DNA from: Tubulanus polymorphus
Lineage: Eukaryota > Animalia > Nemertea
Assembly: GCF_964204645.1 (NCBI RefSeq)
Contig: NC_134034.1
Location: forward strand, 12,412,962-12,476,961
Direction of reading: 5' to 3'
Length of the DNA: 64,000 nucleotides
Within the stretch, counting starts at the first letter, position 1; each line of letters begins with the position of its first letter. Under the pieces are notes generated by a model. That model was given only the letters and a program-made list of their open reading frames with translations, did not search any database and was not told the origin of the DNA. This document shows, piece after piece, positions 42,837-56,589 of the stretch. The translations under genes and the position numbers were made by a program.

Positions 42837-45800
42837 AGCCTGTTTGGTCAACGGATGGCTATAGTGACAATCAAAAAGATTGCTGATTTCACAATACTCT
42901 TCGGCAGCTAAACACTTGCTTCTAACCGGTCAACTAAGTGTCAGTGTGTCTGCATCATCATGTTTTCCGCACATCCTCGTCTCCGGACAATGTTGGTGGA
43001 AATATTGGGTTGAAAAAAGAGGTGGATTGCAAAAAAACCACTGACTGGTCAACTAACGAAGTTCAGAATAGCTAATTAACTAAACAAATAAAATAAAGAA
43101 TTTCAAACAAACATATATATTATCATACAACAATTATACGAAATGCCAGGTATGTGCTCGAGGAATTATAACGTAAGTTCCTCAAACACGTGGACTGTAT
43201 TTCAAAAACAGTCCAACCATGGACGCATAAACTATAAACTAGAGTTTATGCAACCATGGTCCAACCATAGACTCTAAAACGAAAAAGGTCTATGGGCCAC
43301 AACCATGGGCTCTAAACTGTTAGAGTCCATGGCTCCCCGCACTAAAACCAGAGGTAAACCTGGCCAATTACCCTGGAAAGCGTAAGATTTAATGTTGAAT
43401 CAATCTGATTTATATTTTTACTCTTAAAAGTTGACCCGGCCAGCCGCCTATCTACCTTGTAGGTATTACTTTTATAATCATGATCAAGCTAACCATAACA
43501 GATTCGGCAGTTATAGAGATTAACTGATTACAAATATCATTGTTACTTACAAAATGACAGCTGGCTGATCAGGAAAAACAAGGTATCATTTTTAGCCTTA
43601 TAATGAGCTATCCAAAAAATAAGATTACCGCACTAGCCTTTAACATCACAATTGCTACTGCAAGGTTTTTATTCACCAAAAACATTTCGATTACAACTGA
43701 TTCAGAAAATTTGAATCAATAGGATAATAATAAAATAACACAAAAGAATTGTAAACTTTGATCCATAGAACACCGACAATTGGGACCAGTCTGAATGTCT
43801 AAGACTATTAATTTGACAATTCATGAAGTCACCAGGCATAAGTGACATTTGGCTATTTCATGAAATATGAATCATTTTACCATATCAACTCTTCAAATGA
43901 CAATGTAAGAGATATTTAGGATACTCTGTTTATGTATCATCAATCATCAAAGAACCACATAACATATCTCCAACATTTAAACATTAAAACTCCATAAATC
44001 CACAAATTCGCTCTCTCAAATAATCAATCTCTAATTTCATTTCATTAAACATTATTCTTAAAAGAAAACTGAAATTTCGCAAACTTTGCTTGGTATTTTA
44101 GGAATTGTAAGTTACTCGTTAACACATGAGTGAACTGTATTCGAAAAACAGTTCAACATAAAAGCATTAAAACTATTAATACCTACAGATTCAAACTGGA
44201 AAGAGATTAACTAATCAATCTTAATTTTTTTCATGTCCATTAACATTATTTTACAAGATAACTAGAGTTTTAAGTAAGACAGCTAGAGTTTTGCCAACCT
44301 TGCCTGAGGTTTTCAAACATTATCAACGTTATTTTCTCAACATCGTTATGTTTAATGCAAAGTATTTTGAAGGTGTTTTTAATTAAGATATATTGAGTAT
44401 CATCGTATAGATATTTCATCTATCCATATATCTAGGTAAATTACAAATAACTGATCACTGATGAGATATCTACAATTAAACTGAATTCGATAACTTTTTC
44501 GAGATCGGAAATGCATCATGCGAAGATTTGAATCAGGCCCCATATATTGTAAAACTGACAATATAGCTTTCAAAACATAGCTAGGACAATTTACTAATCA
44601 ACACTGTTCATATTTCCTCATTTATAGAAAAGAATGCTCCTCTATCTTCGATAGGACCTCAGTTTGATGGTTGCTATAAATCTAACTAAACAGTCGAAAA
44701 ATTCTAAGATGAATAATGAACACGTATGTGTCGTTTTATTCTCATGACAAAACCTTGCTAAATGACGGGTATTTACATACTCGCGGAATTATCATGTAAG
44801 TTCCTCGTTAACAAATGGACTGTATTTTAATAGTTCGACATAAAAGCATTTAAACCAGAGACAAAACCTACAAAGTCCCTCTTCCGCTGCCCCTCGTCTT
44901 AACTTATGATTTTCAAACATTATCAGTTCGCTCATTTAATACATTTAATACAAAGTTATTTGAAAACATGACAATAATTTTACTATCGATAACTTAATCA
45001 CGTTTAAAGCTGTTTAACATTCTTTCTAAAAAAGAGTAAAATGTAAAATCTCCCAGATATTATCCCTAAAACGATCAACAGTAACAGCAGTGACAGGGTG
45101 TGCTATAGGTAAAAGGGCGGGTGATCTTTCATCAGTTATTTGAAGCATTCTATCAAATCAGTTATTTTTTCAGTGTATTCGATTTAGTTAAGGTTTATGG
45201 TTATTTGTTTTGTTTATTACTAACTGATCCGATAGAACGCTTAAAACAACAACAGAAATGATCATAAGAGGTTGGGAAACTCTAGAGAAGGTTGTTCCAT
45301 GTGAAGAACAACCTTTAATGATTAGATTAAGTTAATCAAAAGAAAATTCCTGATGATGATTATAATTATAGAAGTTAACTAATTGTTTGTTCGTTTTTGT
45401 TTATTTTTTTTATTACTTATGATTTTATTTGTTTTTTTTAAATATTTATTTTATTTTGTTATGTATTTTTTATTCATTGTTTTTTTTATTTATTTACTTC
45501 TTTAATTATGTATTTTGTATTTTGTACTATTTTTTACTATTTACATCATCAGGAATTTCTTACCGGTGGAAATATGGGCTCACTTTAAAAAAGTGCTACA
45601 AATTCACTGCTGCTCCTAAATAATCATTTATCATTAAAAACCCCCGATTTAGAGTTAAGCGATCATTGAAAGCAACTCAACCTTATGTTATGGATGATGA
45701 TGAAAGAAGTTAAAACAGCTATAAACGGAATTAAAACGATCAAAATTATTGCTGGCCATTATCATTTATTCCTTTATATCACATTACTCCTAGCTATACC

Positions 45801-47039
45801 TCTCTTATACCTCTGTGGATACAATGTACTAAGATACAAGTTTTCATATACCTAGCTATGATCATCTACATGGAAGCTCAATGCTAAAACTCTACGTGAA
45901 AATCGAGCTATTCTACTCATTAGTCAAATCACTTTTATGGGCATTGGAAAAAAATTATGGCATCAACAAATACAACACTTTGGTATATAAACTTAGTATT
46001 TGTACACAGAACACTGCCAAACATTATAGTCTATGTTTTTCTTAACTACGTGATGATATTCAAGGGCGTAGCCAGTCTATACTGAAGGCCCACTTTTTGG
46101 CCAAGGAATCATTTTCAAAACATCTTTATTCAAAGCCCATAAACTTGCTGGGCGAGTTTAACTAATCAGGTATCAACTTCCTTTATTGCGTTTAAAAGTT
46201 TCAACCGTTTAACCGACTACCCTCTCCCTTTTGAACATTCAGGCTATGCAAATCATTTTCACTCTCAGGAAATATATAAAATGAATCACTGTTTCTAAGA
46301 GACCCAACTATGTCATTATTACAAATCATGCAAAGCTATGTTGAACTAAGTATGAAGATTATCTGAACTATCCTGTTGATATCATATCTCAGTTTAGGTG
46401 TATTTCAACGGACCTACGTCGAACCGTGACGCTGAACGCGATCAATACCATGAATTAATGGAGCTTAGATTTCATGAGACTTCAAGAAGGAACTTTCTGT
46501 CGCATTACAAAGGACATGACACATCTGTTTACAAATCGAAAACAGTTTGCCTAATCAATATGAAAGAATTAGGATGCCATTTTATTGAAATATTCAAATA
46601 TGAATAGTTCCTTCTCAGGCCCAGAGCCCTAATTATCTAACTTCAATTTTCATTAATCAACATTAAAACTATTTCTTTATTTCCGCCTCTTCAAATAGAC
46701 AGTGCATTTTAAAACGCATTTTGAAACCCATGTTACACGTCAGACTGGTTTGTAAAAAGGTAATACACAAAATAAATCAATACTTTACATAATCTACTGA
46801 CGTTGCTGCTCCTGAACAAGTGTTTATAAGATACGCATTGTCTGTGCTGCTCCTGAATAACTGTTCACAATATATATACATTGTCTCTGCTGCTCCTGAT
46901 TAATTGTTTATATATAACACACGCATTGTCTCTGCTCCACCTGTAGAAGAAATCCGTCATTGGGCGATAAACCGCTGCTGGCTGAATTTCTCATCTGGAC
47001 TTCTAGGCCTACGCAGTTGGACTCTTCTGTGGTAGTTGA

Positions 47040-50000
47040 TGATTTCAATTCAAGTTAGAATAATCCGTTGGCAGTTTGAATCAGTAGATTCTAGATGACG
47101 AGTTGATCTCAGGCCGAGCTTCTTCTTATAGATGTGATTTAGCTGAAATTAATAAAAGAAGATATCCTGTAATTATACAATATCTTACAATATACACAAT
47201 TTTTCATACAGCATTAATCATAATAAATTCCATGTAAATCAACTTACCTTTCAAGATAACTGGATTTAGTGTCGGCTAGGAGTTCTAAGTTAGTTGATTA
47301 GTAAAATTCAAGGTGCATTCTTCTGTTGTCTGTTCTAATGAGTAGATTCGAGATGGTTAGTTGATCTTAGTATGGGCTTTTCTTATAGATGTGATTTAGC
47401 TGAAATGCACAAAAGGAGATATCCTGTATTCACACAATATTTCATATAGCATTAATGAAAATGGATTCCACGTGAATCAACTTACCTTTCAAGTCGGTTT
47501 ATGAGTTAAATTCGTTCTGTGGTAGTTGATGATTTCAATTGGAATATTCTGTTGGCTATTCGAATCAGTAGATTTTTGACTAGTTAAATCTTAGGCATTT
47601 TCTTATAGATGTAATTTAGCTGAAATGAATAAAAGAAGATATCCTGTAATGAGACAATATCTTACAATATACACAATTCTTCATATAGCTTTAATCATAA
47701 TAAATTCCATGTAAATCAATTTACCTTTCAAGATAACTGGGTTTTGTGTCGGCTAGGATTTCTAAGTTAGTAAAATTCAAGGTGCATTCTTCTGTTGTCT
47801 GTTCTAATGAGTAGAAACGAGATGGTTAGTTGATCTTAGTATGGGCTTTTCTTATAGATGTGATTTAGCTGAAATGCACAAAAGGAGATATCCTGCATTC
47901 ACGCAATATTTCATATAGCATTAATGATAATAGATTCCATGTGAATCAACTTACCTTTCAAGATTGCTGCGTTAAGTATCGGCTAGGATCGTCTAAGTCG
48001 GTTCATGAGTTAAATTCGTTCTGTGGTAGTTGATGAATTCAATTCAAGTTGGAATATTCTGTTGGCTATTTGAATCAGTACATTTTTGACTAGATAATCT
48101 TAGGCTGAGCATTTTCTTATAGATGTGATTTAGCTGAAATGAATAAAAGAAGATATCCTGTTATTAGACAATATCTTACAATATACACAATTCTTCATAT
48201 AGCTTTAATCATAATAAATTCCATGTAAATCAATTTACCTTTCAAGATAACTGGGTTTAGTGTTGGCTAGGATTTCGAGGTTGGTTGAGTTTGAAGTTGG
48301 TTCTAAGTTCAAGTTGCATTCTTCTGTCGACTGTTTTAATCAGTAGATTCTAGATGGTTAGTTGATCTTAGTATGGGCTTTTTCTTATAGATGTGATTTG
48401 TGATAACTGGGTTTAGTGTCGGCTAGGATTGTCTAAGTCTGTTCTCTAATCGGCAGATTTTAAACGAGTTGTTGACCTCAAGCGCCGCAGTTTCATATAG
48501 ATATTACTCAGCTGAAACGAGTTAACAAAGATATCCTGTAATTACAAATATTTCATTCAGAATTAATCGTAATAATTTCATGTATATCAACTTACCTTTA
48601 ACGATTGCTAGGTTCGGTATTGGCTTGTATACTCGGTGTGTTGGGACATTAGTTTCGAACCCCAACTGCCTAATTATTTGTTGTAGTAGTAGCATTAGTT
48701 CATCACTGTTTATGATTAATGACGGGCCGGATATATATCAGATCAGCAATGTGGACCGGTGCATAGATTTTGGTAATTAAATGCCTCTTCTGTGCGCTGT
48801 TCTCTAATCGGCAGATTTCAAACGAGTTGTTGATCTCAAGCGAGGCTGGTTCACATAGGATAAAGCTGAAATGGTTAACAAAGATATCCTGTAAATACAA
48901 ATATTTCATTCAGAATTAATCGTAATAATTTTATGTATATCAACTTACCTTTAACGATTGCTAGGTTCGGTATTGGCTTGGATACTCGGTGTGTTAGGAC
49001 ATTAGTTTCGAACCCCAACTGCCTAATTATTTGTTGTAGTAGTAGCATTAGTTCATCACTGACTAATGACGGCCGGATATATATCAGATCAGCAATGTGG
49101 ACCGGTGCATAGATTTTGGTAATTAAATGCCTCTTCTGTACGCTGTTCTCTAATCGGCAGATTTCAAACGAGTTGTTGATCTCAAGCGCGACTGGTTCAT
49201 ATAGATAGGATAAAGCTGAAAGAGTTAACAAAGATATCCTGTTAATACAAATATTTCATTCAGAATTAATCGTAACTAGTGGAAAGCCCATGGACACCAC
49301 AGGGGATTTCTAAACAGGAACTTATTTCCAACTTATTATTTCGTTGCATGTTAATTGAGTATTTGGGCATTTTAAATTGGCCTTATTTATGTGGTGTGAT
49401 CAGCTGTGCCCATATAGAGACCATACAGGATCTCAGGACTCACTTGACCTTCTTCCCATGGAGGCCCAAGGTTACAGAACTATAGATAGAAACAAATATG
49501 TAAAGTACCGATATGATCATTTCATAATGTATGAATTTCATGACCCGGCAGCTGGGTCACAAAGGCAACAGTAGCTCGTACTGTATCAACAGTGACAACA
49601 GTGGCTGTCTCTAGTCAGTGGCTATACAAGCTGACCCATGCACCCTCTGTGAACAGTAGGAGAGACTACAAAAATTTGGAAAGTGAATAATTTTGAATGG
49701 AAACCATGCCCAAGCGATAAAAGACGTCGAGATCTCCCGCCGGGCAAATTTTCAGGGCAATTCATCCAGTAACGATGGAGCAGTCGGTACAACAATTCAG
49801 TATCATTATATAAGATAATTTCATGTATATCAACTTACCTTTTATTATTGCTTTGTTCGCTATCGGCGAGGATCTCCTAAGTTGGTTGGTTGATGTTGAG
49901 ATCAATTCAAATTGGCCCCTTCTGTGTGCTGTTCTCTAATCGGCAGATTTTAAACGAGTTGTTGATCTCATGAGCGGCAGTTTCATATAGATAGGATTTA

Positions 50001-50920
50001 GCTGAAAATGAGTAAACAAAGATATCCTGTAAATACAGATATTTCATTCAGAATTCAGGCCCCTTCTGTGCGCTGTTCTCTAATCGTTAGATTTTAGATG
50101 AGTTGTTGACCTCAAGCACTCGTTTGACTTTGTAGCCGGGTCACATCGTACTGTATCAACTGTGACAACAGTGGCTATCTCTAGTCAGTGGCTATGCCAG
50201 CAGACCCATGCGCCCTCTGTTTACAGTAGGAGAGACTACAAAAATTTGGCAAATGGCGCTGTTCCAGTTGGTCGATTTTGGAAGAGTAGTTGATCTCAAG
50301 CTGGGTTTTTTCTTATAGTTGCAATTTAGCTGCTATGATTAAAAAAAGATATCCTGTAATGACAAATTATTTCATTTAGAATTCATCATTATCATTTCCA
50401 TAAAATATCAACTTACATATCAAGTTTGCTGGGTTCCGTATCAGTTAAAATGTTCTAAGTTCATTGATGCATTTGATTTAAGCTGGAATTGTTGTGTGTG
50501 CCGTTCTTATCGGTAGATTTATGATGAGTTGTTCTCAAGCTGGGCAGTTTGATGAAGATAGGATTCAGCTGAAGAGTTAACAAAGATATCATGTAATCAC
50601 AAAACATTTCATTGAGAATGAATCGAAATAACTCCATCTATATTAAGTTACCTTTTATGATTGCTGGATTCGTTATCGGCGTGGATCATCGAAGTTGGTT
50701 GGTTGATTCTAGTTGGCTGTGCGCTGTTCCAGTTGGTCGATTTTGGACGAGTAGTTGATCTCAAACTGGGTTTTTCTCATAGTTGAAATTTAGCTGCAAT
50801 GATTAAAAGAAGATATCCTGTAATGACAAAGTATTTCATTTAGAATTTATCGCAATAATTTCAACTATTTTAAGTTACCTTTTATGATTGCCGGGTTCAT
50901 TATCGGCGAGGGTCTCCTAA
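47040..50920 (-). repeat. Tandem array of ~12 exon-intron modules (83-105 nt GT-AG introns, non-coding exons)
   Basis: Repeated (AAG)|GTAAGTTGA...TACAGGATATC...TTTCAG|CT units, e.g. introns 50878-50794, 50651-50569, 50416-50330, 48948-48866, 48595-48512, 48238-48134, 47954-47869, 47724-47620, 47485-47400, 47247-47143. Confidence 0.85.
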
Positions 50921-53276
50921 GTTGGTAGTCTAATTTTACATATCTTTTGTTGTTTTTTTTCTGTGTAAATAGTCCGAAAGTTTACAATGTTTGAATTTTG
51001 TCTAATTTTACATTTCTTTGCTTTTCTTTTCATGTAAATAGTCCGAAAGTTTACAAGGTTAAGATAATTTTGTCTAAGTTTTACTTTTTACTTTTGCTTT
51101 CTCCCCGTAAAGTTTTTTCAAAATCGGAAATCGAAGTACAGATATAGTTGCGTGATCGGCGGTCCATTTTACATAAATTTTCTTTTCTTGAAATCCAAGC
51201 ACATAACGGGAAATTCGGTTCCGGTGCCTTCAATTAATCTTCCAACCTGCCTATTTTGATACATCGAGATTGGAATATCTATATTACAAGGTTGAAGATC
51301 ATTTTGTACATATTATGACTAGTTGATTAATAGTATCATATAGTGCAAACCTGCTAGTAAAATTGCCCCTATATACATTACTATTCCCTTCGTATTATTA
51401 AATTAACTTCATCGCCAATTAATAAACTTTTAAGAGATATGTATTCTTCCCACAGACATCTGTGCCCAGTGAATGGTATTCTAATCCATTTCAGTAATTT
51501 TAAATATTGCTGGTAAAATATATACAATGATATACTTATGATTATGATAATATAACTAGCTTAACGAACCCAGAATTCCCCAAAACCTAACTGATTCAAC
51601 AGATCCCACACACATGTGGCCCAGTTAGACGCAGACAACATTGCACGATACAGTCGTCTCATCCACTGCGCTATTTTTAATAAACTTAAATTCGTTATAT
51701 TGAATTGATTCTAACTAATTTTCTGATACCTAAGCGATCCATTAATTAGTAATCATACTAGCCACAATTAATTGTCAGTCGAACAATATTTATATGGAGC
51801 CTGAAAACCTACGTGAGTAGAATTTCAGATGTGGTGAATTCATCACTATTTGAATTCATCAGAACTTAAGATAAAATCACATTTTTAGTGGTAAATTAGA
51901 AATTCCCTTACCCGAATTGCAATATAATCTTTATTTCCCTTTTATAGTACACTGTGTATAAGGATCGAAAGACCTTGTTATGACCGGACCTCCCTGGTGC
52001 GGTGCAAGACATGATGCCGGAATATAGTTTGAAGGAGAGGGGTTAGTAAAAGAGAGCTATTAGCGAGAGGAATAAGACCTAAGTTCAGGATATCCTGTCA
52101 GAATAAGGCTCTCAATCTGACATACACAGTGAAATTGAAATATTCTCCCTTCCAAATTCAGGAATGTATTTTGCACAGATTTGTTTTATCTCCCTTCGAT
52201 CAGAAGTAAATCTGCGTTAAATGATTTTGGCAATATGTATCAAAACTAATACAGCTGTATGAAGACACAATAGGTTCACTTAGATGCACATAAATAAGTA
52301 ATGTGCTCAGATACACATGTATCAGCTACATTTTTAATGTCAATGTACTTGAATTCAAAATAATTTCACATCATTGAATTTACCTTAATTGTAGATATCT
52401 AAGTAATACCTTAATGAGTAATTCACCTTAGTTATATCCTTATTCATCCCCACCGTTGGAACGTCCAATGGTGCCATCGGACTCAGTCCCAGAGTCGGAT
52501 TATGGATGTTGGTATCACCAGACTTCCCACCATCGGAGTTGGACTTCTGGCTAGCGAAATGACAAGATGAAGAGAGCATATTATATATTAAGTCAAAATG
52601 TTTGTCAGACAGAGCCTGACCACTGTGGTTTGAGAAAGCTTTAATTATCTCATAACCATCCCTATCATTAATAGTATTAACTATTATCGTGCCACAGATT
52701 TATGCCAGCTCCGTTCGTGTCTCGGGGTAGGTACATATACAGCCAAACCATATACCTCTTCCCCACACGATAAGTGTTTTTTGAGAACACCTGTATTTTG
52801 GAATTAGTAAAAATCAACCCCTGATATACCACTATCGCCCCAAGTTTGCTTAAAATGAGCTGAAATTAAATAGTACATAATCATTAATTAACAAGACAAA
52901 ATTTGCAACTATATCTAACTTTGATAGTGGATGATGAAAAAGATGAAAGGCCAGGATGAGGGGTCTGAATCAGAAATCGAAGCTACAGAGTTTAGGATGT
53001 ATTTGAAGTACACAAAAGATGCTCGAGATTACAGAGTTCACGAATACAACATAGACGATATCATCCGCTGCGACAAGAAAAATTGGGAAAGATTTTGATG
53101 GAAGGGGAAAGAACCTTGGATGAAAAATAAAATTTACACAGTTTCACGGCTTAAATCGATGTACAACCATATAGACGCTGGTAATACATAGTTTTAACGG
53201 CTTTACATCATATTTGATCTAACCTGAGAGAAAGAAGTCAGCACAGAACTTCTGGCTGATAACAGCAAAGTCCGGT

Positions 53277-53900
53277 TCTCAGGGTTCCAACTGGCAGCGG
53301 CAGAGTCGGAGTTCTGTAACGTGGCCTCGTCCCAGCTAGTGGCGGGGTACTGACGACACGGGTGTTACTACGGAGGACCCGTAATCAGAGTAAGACGGGA
53401 AGCGACAAACAACTTCGGCTTCGGGGGATATCCGATCTTCAAGCATCAACACCAAAAGATAACCGGCACCCAGAAGAGAGAGAGAAAAACTGGGTGAACG
53501 GGGAGCCCATCAGCAAGATGCCAATGGGTAGCCTTAGGCGAAGAAACCAGCCGATTCAGACTAGAATGGACCAAACTGGGGACCCAATTGAGAATTGAGC
53601 ACACCACCTAAGACAACCGACACCCAGATGACAAGAGAAAAACTGGGTGAACGGGGAGCCCATCAGCAAGATGCCAATGGGTAGCCTTAGGCAATGAACC
53701 AGCAGATTCAGACTAGAATGGACCAAACTGGGGACCTAAAGATCCAACAGCCCCCTCAGTCGAAGATTGCTACCGCCCCCATCTTATTCTGATCGTAGGT
53801 CCTCCATAGTAACATCCGCATCACCAGCACTCCGCCACTAGCTGGTAAGAGGCCACATAAGTGAACTCAGACTCTGCCGCTGCCAGTTGAAACCCTGAGA
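53277..53900 (-). ncRNA. Long imperfect RNA fold-back (~165-bp arms, ~290-nt loop)
   Basis: 53277-53443 is the reverse complement of 53735-53900 (tctcagggtt[c/t]caactggcagcggcagagtc...). About 15 G:U versus about 6 A:C on the - strand. The loop holds a ~100-bp direct repeat (53483-53585, 53633-53735). Confidence 0.75.
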
Positions 53901-56589
53901 TTGAGAGGGCGGGGGCGAGGGACGAATGAAATGAAAGAAAAAAAAATGAAAAAACAAAAATAATATAGAAAAAAAATGAAAAAAATAAAGATATAAAATA
54001 TACCACACATTCATACGACACATATTATAAACTCCATTCACTCCTCTTGCACACACCGCGCACACAACTCCATCCACCGCACACATAACTCCATCCACCG
54101 CACACATAACTCCATCCACCGCCACCGGCGCCACGCCACCACTCCGAAAAATACCGCGCCACAAGATCGCCAGGAAACACAGCAAAAGCTGAAGAGCTCG
54201 AGAGAACGCCATCTGATCGTGTCAAAGACTAGTACTCGATTGAAAGATTTTGGAGAAATTCCGAAGTTTACATTATCAAATGCAAACATAAATGTAGATA
54301 TTTTATTGAACGGAATTGATTTTTCAGTTCACGTCAGTTGAAAACCCGTTTTGATCGATGTTTTAATGTTTATTTTAAATACAAATTAGATTTAAGACCT
54401 AGGATTATTGACTAATATCTAATTGTGAGGGTAGGATAAAATGATCGCGGATAAATTTCCTGCTCGCATGCCACAGCTCTGTCAAATCTCAATCGTCCAG
54501 TGCTGCCCCTAAATACTGTGGCGAATACATAAACTAATCGATTAATATGCTCTACCCGTATTTGTACATGAGGCCTACCGTTTACTTATCTTACTTAGTT
54601 TACGTCGTTCGTGTCTTGTGGTATCCCAAGACTATAAATCATATTGGATCCATTTTCAGGGGTAGAGCTAGATAATTAAATGATAATTATCCGAACAGTA
54701 GATTGTTCTATTTTTTCTCCACGTCAAAGTTAATAGTTTAAAAATTCAAAATACAAATTATGTTCAAATTCAGATTTCACAAACAACAACTCGTTGGCCC
54801 ACTGAAAGATAGCAGCGAAACAATCTTCGGGTAATAAATGTTAGAAAGAATGAGGTTATCCTCTCAGGGCCTGGTTAATTGCGTTACCGTACCGTAATGA
54901 AAAAAAGTAAGCAAAGAAGGTAGGCCTGGACCGTGTAGGCTTACATTATCCAACTACAAAAGCCTTGACGCAACACCAACAAAATCGAAATGGAAAATAT
55001 CAAAAGTGCAGGATATCACATGCCTGAAGTAGCTTGGGCTTGAAGCTAATTACACCACGAGGGCAGATCTAGACAAATATATCCGAATTTCAATTGCTAG
55101 ACTTTAGAGTGTGGTCGAATGAGAGAGTATAGCATCTCAGGGAATGTCTAGAAGTTCAAATCACACTGCGTAGATTTGTTCACCTCAAGATTCATATAAA
55201 ACTCAAACAGTGCCATAAAAATGAGCACCTGAAGTCTACATCAAGGACGGGGGTGGCCATTTTATCAGAATCTTGGGAAGAAATCCGTCGAGGAAGCGTC
55301 GATGGATAAAAGCAAACACATCTGATTTAAAAAAAAAAACATGTTTTGATCATTAGTTTCCATAATATTGAAAGTATGCCTGTTTCAATAATTCTCATTA
55401 AAAAACCAAAACCGACCCTGAAAGATATATTCCAATGAGGTTGGTTTGCAATTTAGGTGGTAAACTATTGGAGATTTGGCTGTAGAAATATGAATCACAT
55501 TATGTTTCATGCAGTAGCCTATGTCGTAATACATTGACGCGATTGTGTGCTTATAGATTTCACATGGTCACGGTCGAATGATCGTGGGTGGTTCTCAGAG
55601 AATTTACTATACGCCAGTTCAATTGAGTCAATTCACGCTCGTAACACAAACTAAATCCCGTATACTCTAACGTGCGGTCAGCCCTATGGGCCCTGGTTGT
55701 TAATTATTAAGATTTTTGATGACGCGGTCTTTCGTCTTAGACTGTTGTTTGGTCATTGTTCGGAAGGTTGACCAAATTTCATCTGGGTTTGCATGCAGAC
55801 TTTTCGAATTTGTCTATACCCAAGCTTTCTTAGCGTTTTGAATGCTTAATTGGTGGTTTCTTCAGCCGACTTTAAGGCAAGGAGATTGTCGATGGAGTTT
55901 CTTTGTATCAATAGAGACAGATTTTAATTCATAAAAATTCTTATTCAATTGAGTGGAGACATATTAGGCATTTTAGATTACTTGCAGCATGGATCCTCTG
56001 GAAATTCTGCCAACAACTTCATTGCGCTTACCACTCATAATTTGAAAAACCCAAATTTCTTTCTTTAATTTTGATACTGGATTAAACGGTGTCATCATGT
56101 AAATCTAGGAACTAGTCCATATTAAGAATTTCGTTTCTTGCTTTCAGTCTTAAAATGATAGTATCTTTTTTTTCCAAAATATTTTAATGGCGTTCATATA
56201 AATGTTTGTTTATGGATAAGATTGGTAAGGGAAAAAATTTATTTGAGCCTTTCTTTTCGAAGACAGGATAGGTACTCAAGCAAGCAAGGAAAGCTAGCAA
56301 ACAAGAAACATCATCATCATCAATATCACGGACTTATGGAGGCCTGTTGAGGCCTATTGGTGTCCGGCTCGTTTGGTAATTAACATCAATTTAGGTGACG
56401 GTCGGTTTAAAATATTTCTCATGCAGCCATAGTTTGATATGCACCTAGCCCATCTAAAAGATGGGCGTTAAATGTTCTTTAGATCAGTTAGAATGGTTGC
56501 CAAGTATTGTAACATTACATGACTAGTTAAAAATATTGATATTGAATGGGACAGGCAACCAGTCTATAAGTGAAGGTAGAGACCGGTAA

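Larger units (their letters stand above)
43110..56187 (-). ncRNA. Unit 2: putative spliced long hairpin-RNA/lncRNA gene (unrelated stem cargo)
   Basis: G:U-biased fold-back at 53900-53277, ~12 exon-intron modules at 50920-47040, structured 3' element at 43364-43145. 43120-52620 is inverted-homologous to 33590-41180. Confidence 0.55.

Noticed and set aside
48875-49231. 118-aa ORF / phase 1-1 exon as a functional CDS
   Set aside because: The adjacent near-identical module (48596-48865) has a 4-nt deletion and a stop, and other modules are closed.
47143-50878. snoRNAs or mirtrons in the repeated introns
   Set aside because: No consistent C/D or H/ACA boxes and no end-to-end pairing visible; an Infernal scan would settle it.
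33588-52620. Assembly fold-back artefact
   Set aside because: The arms differ by many substitutions, indels, a MITE and block order.
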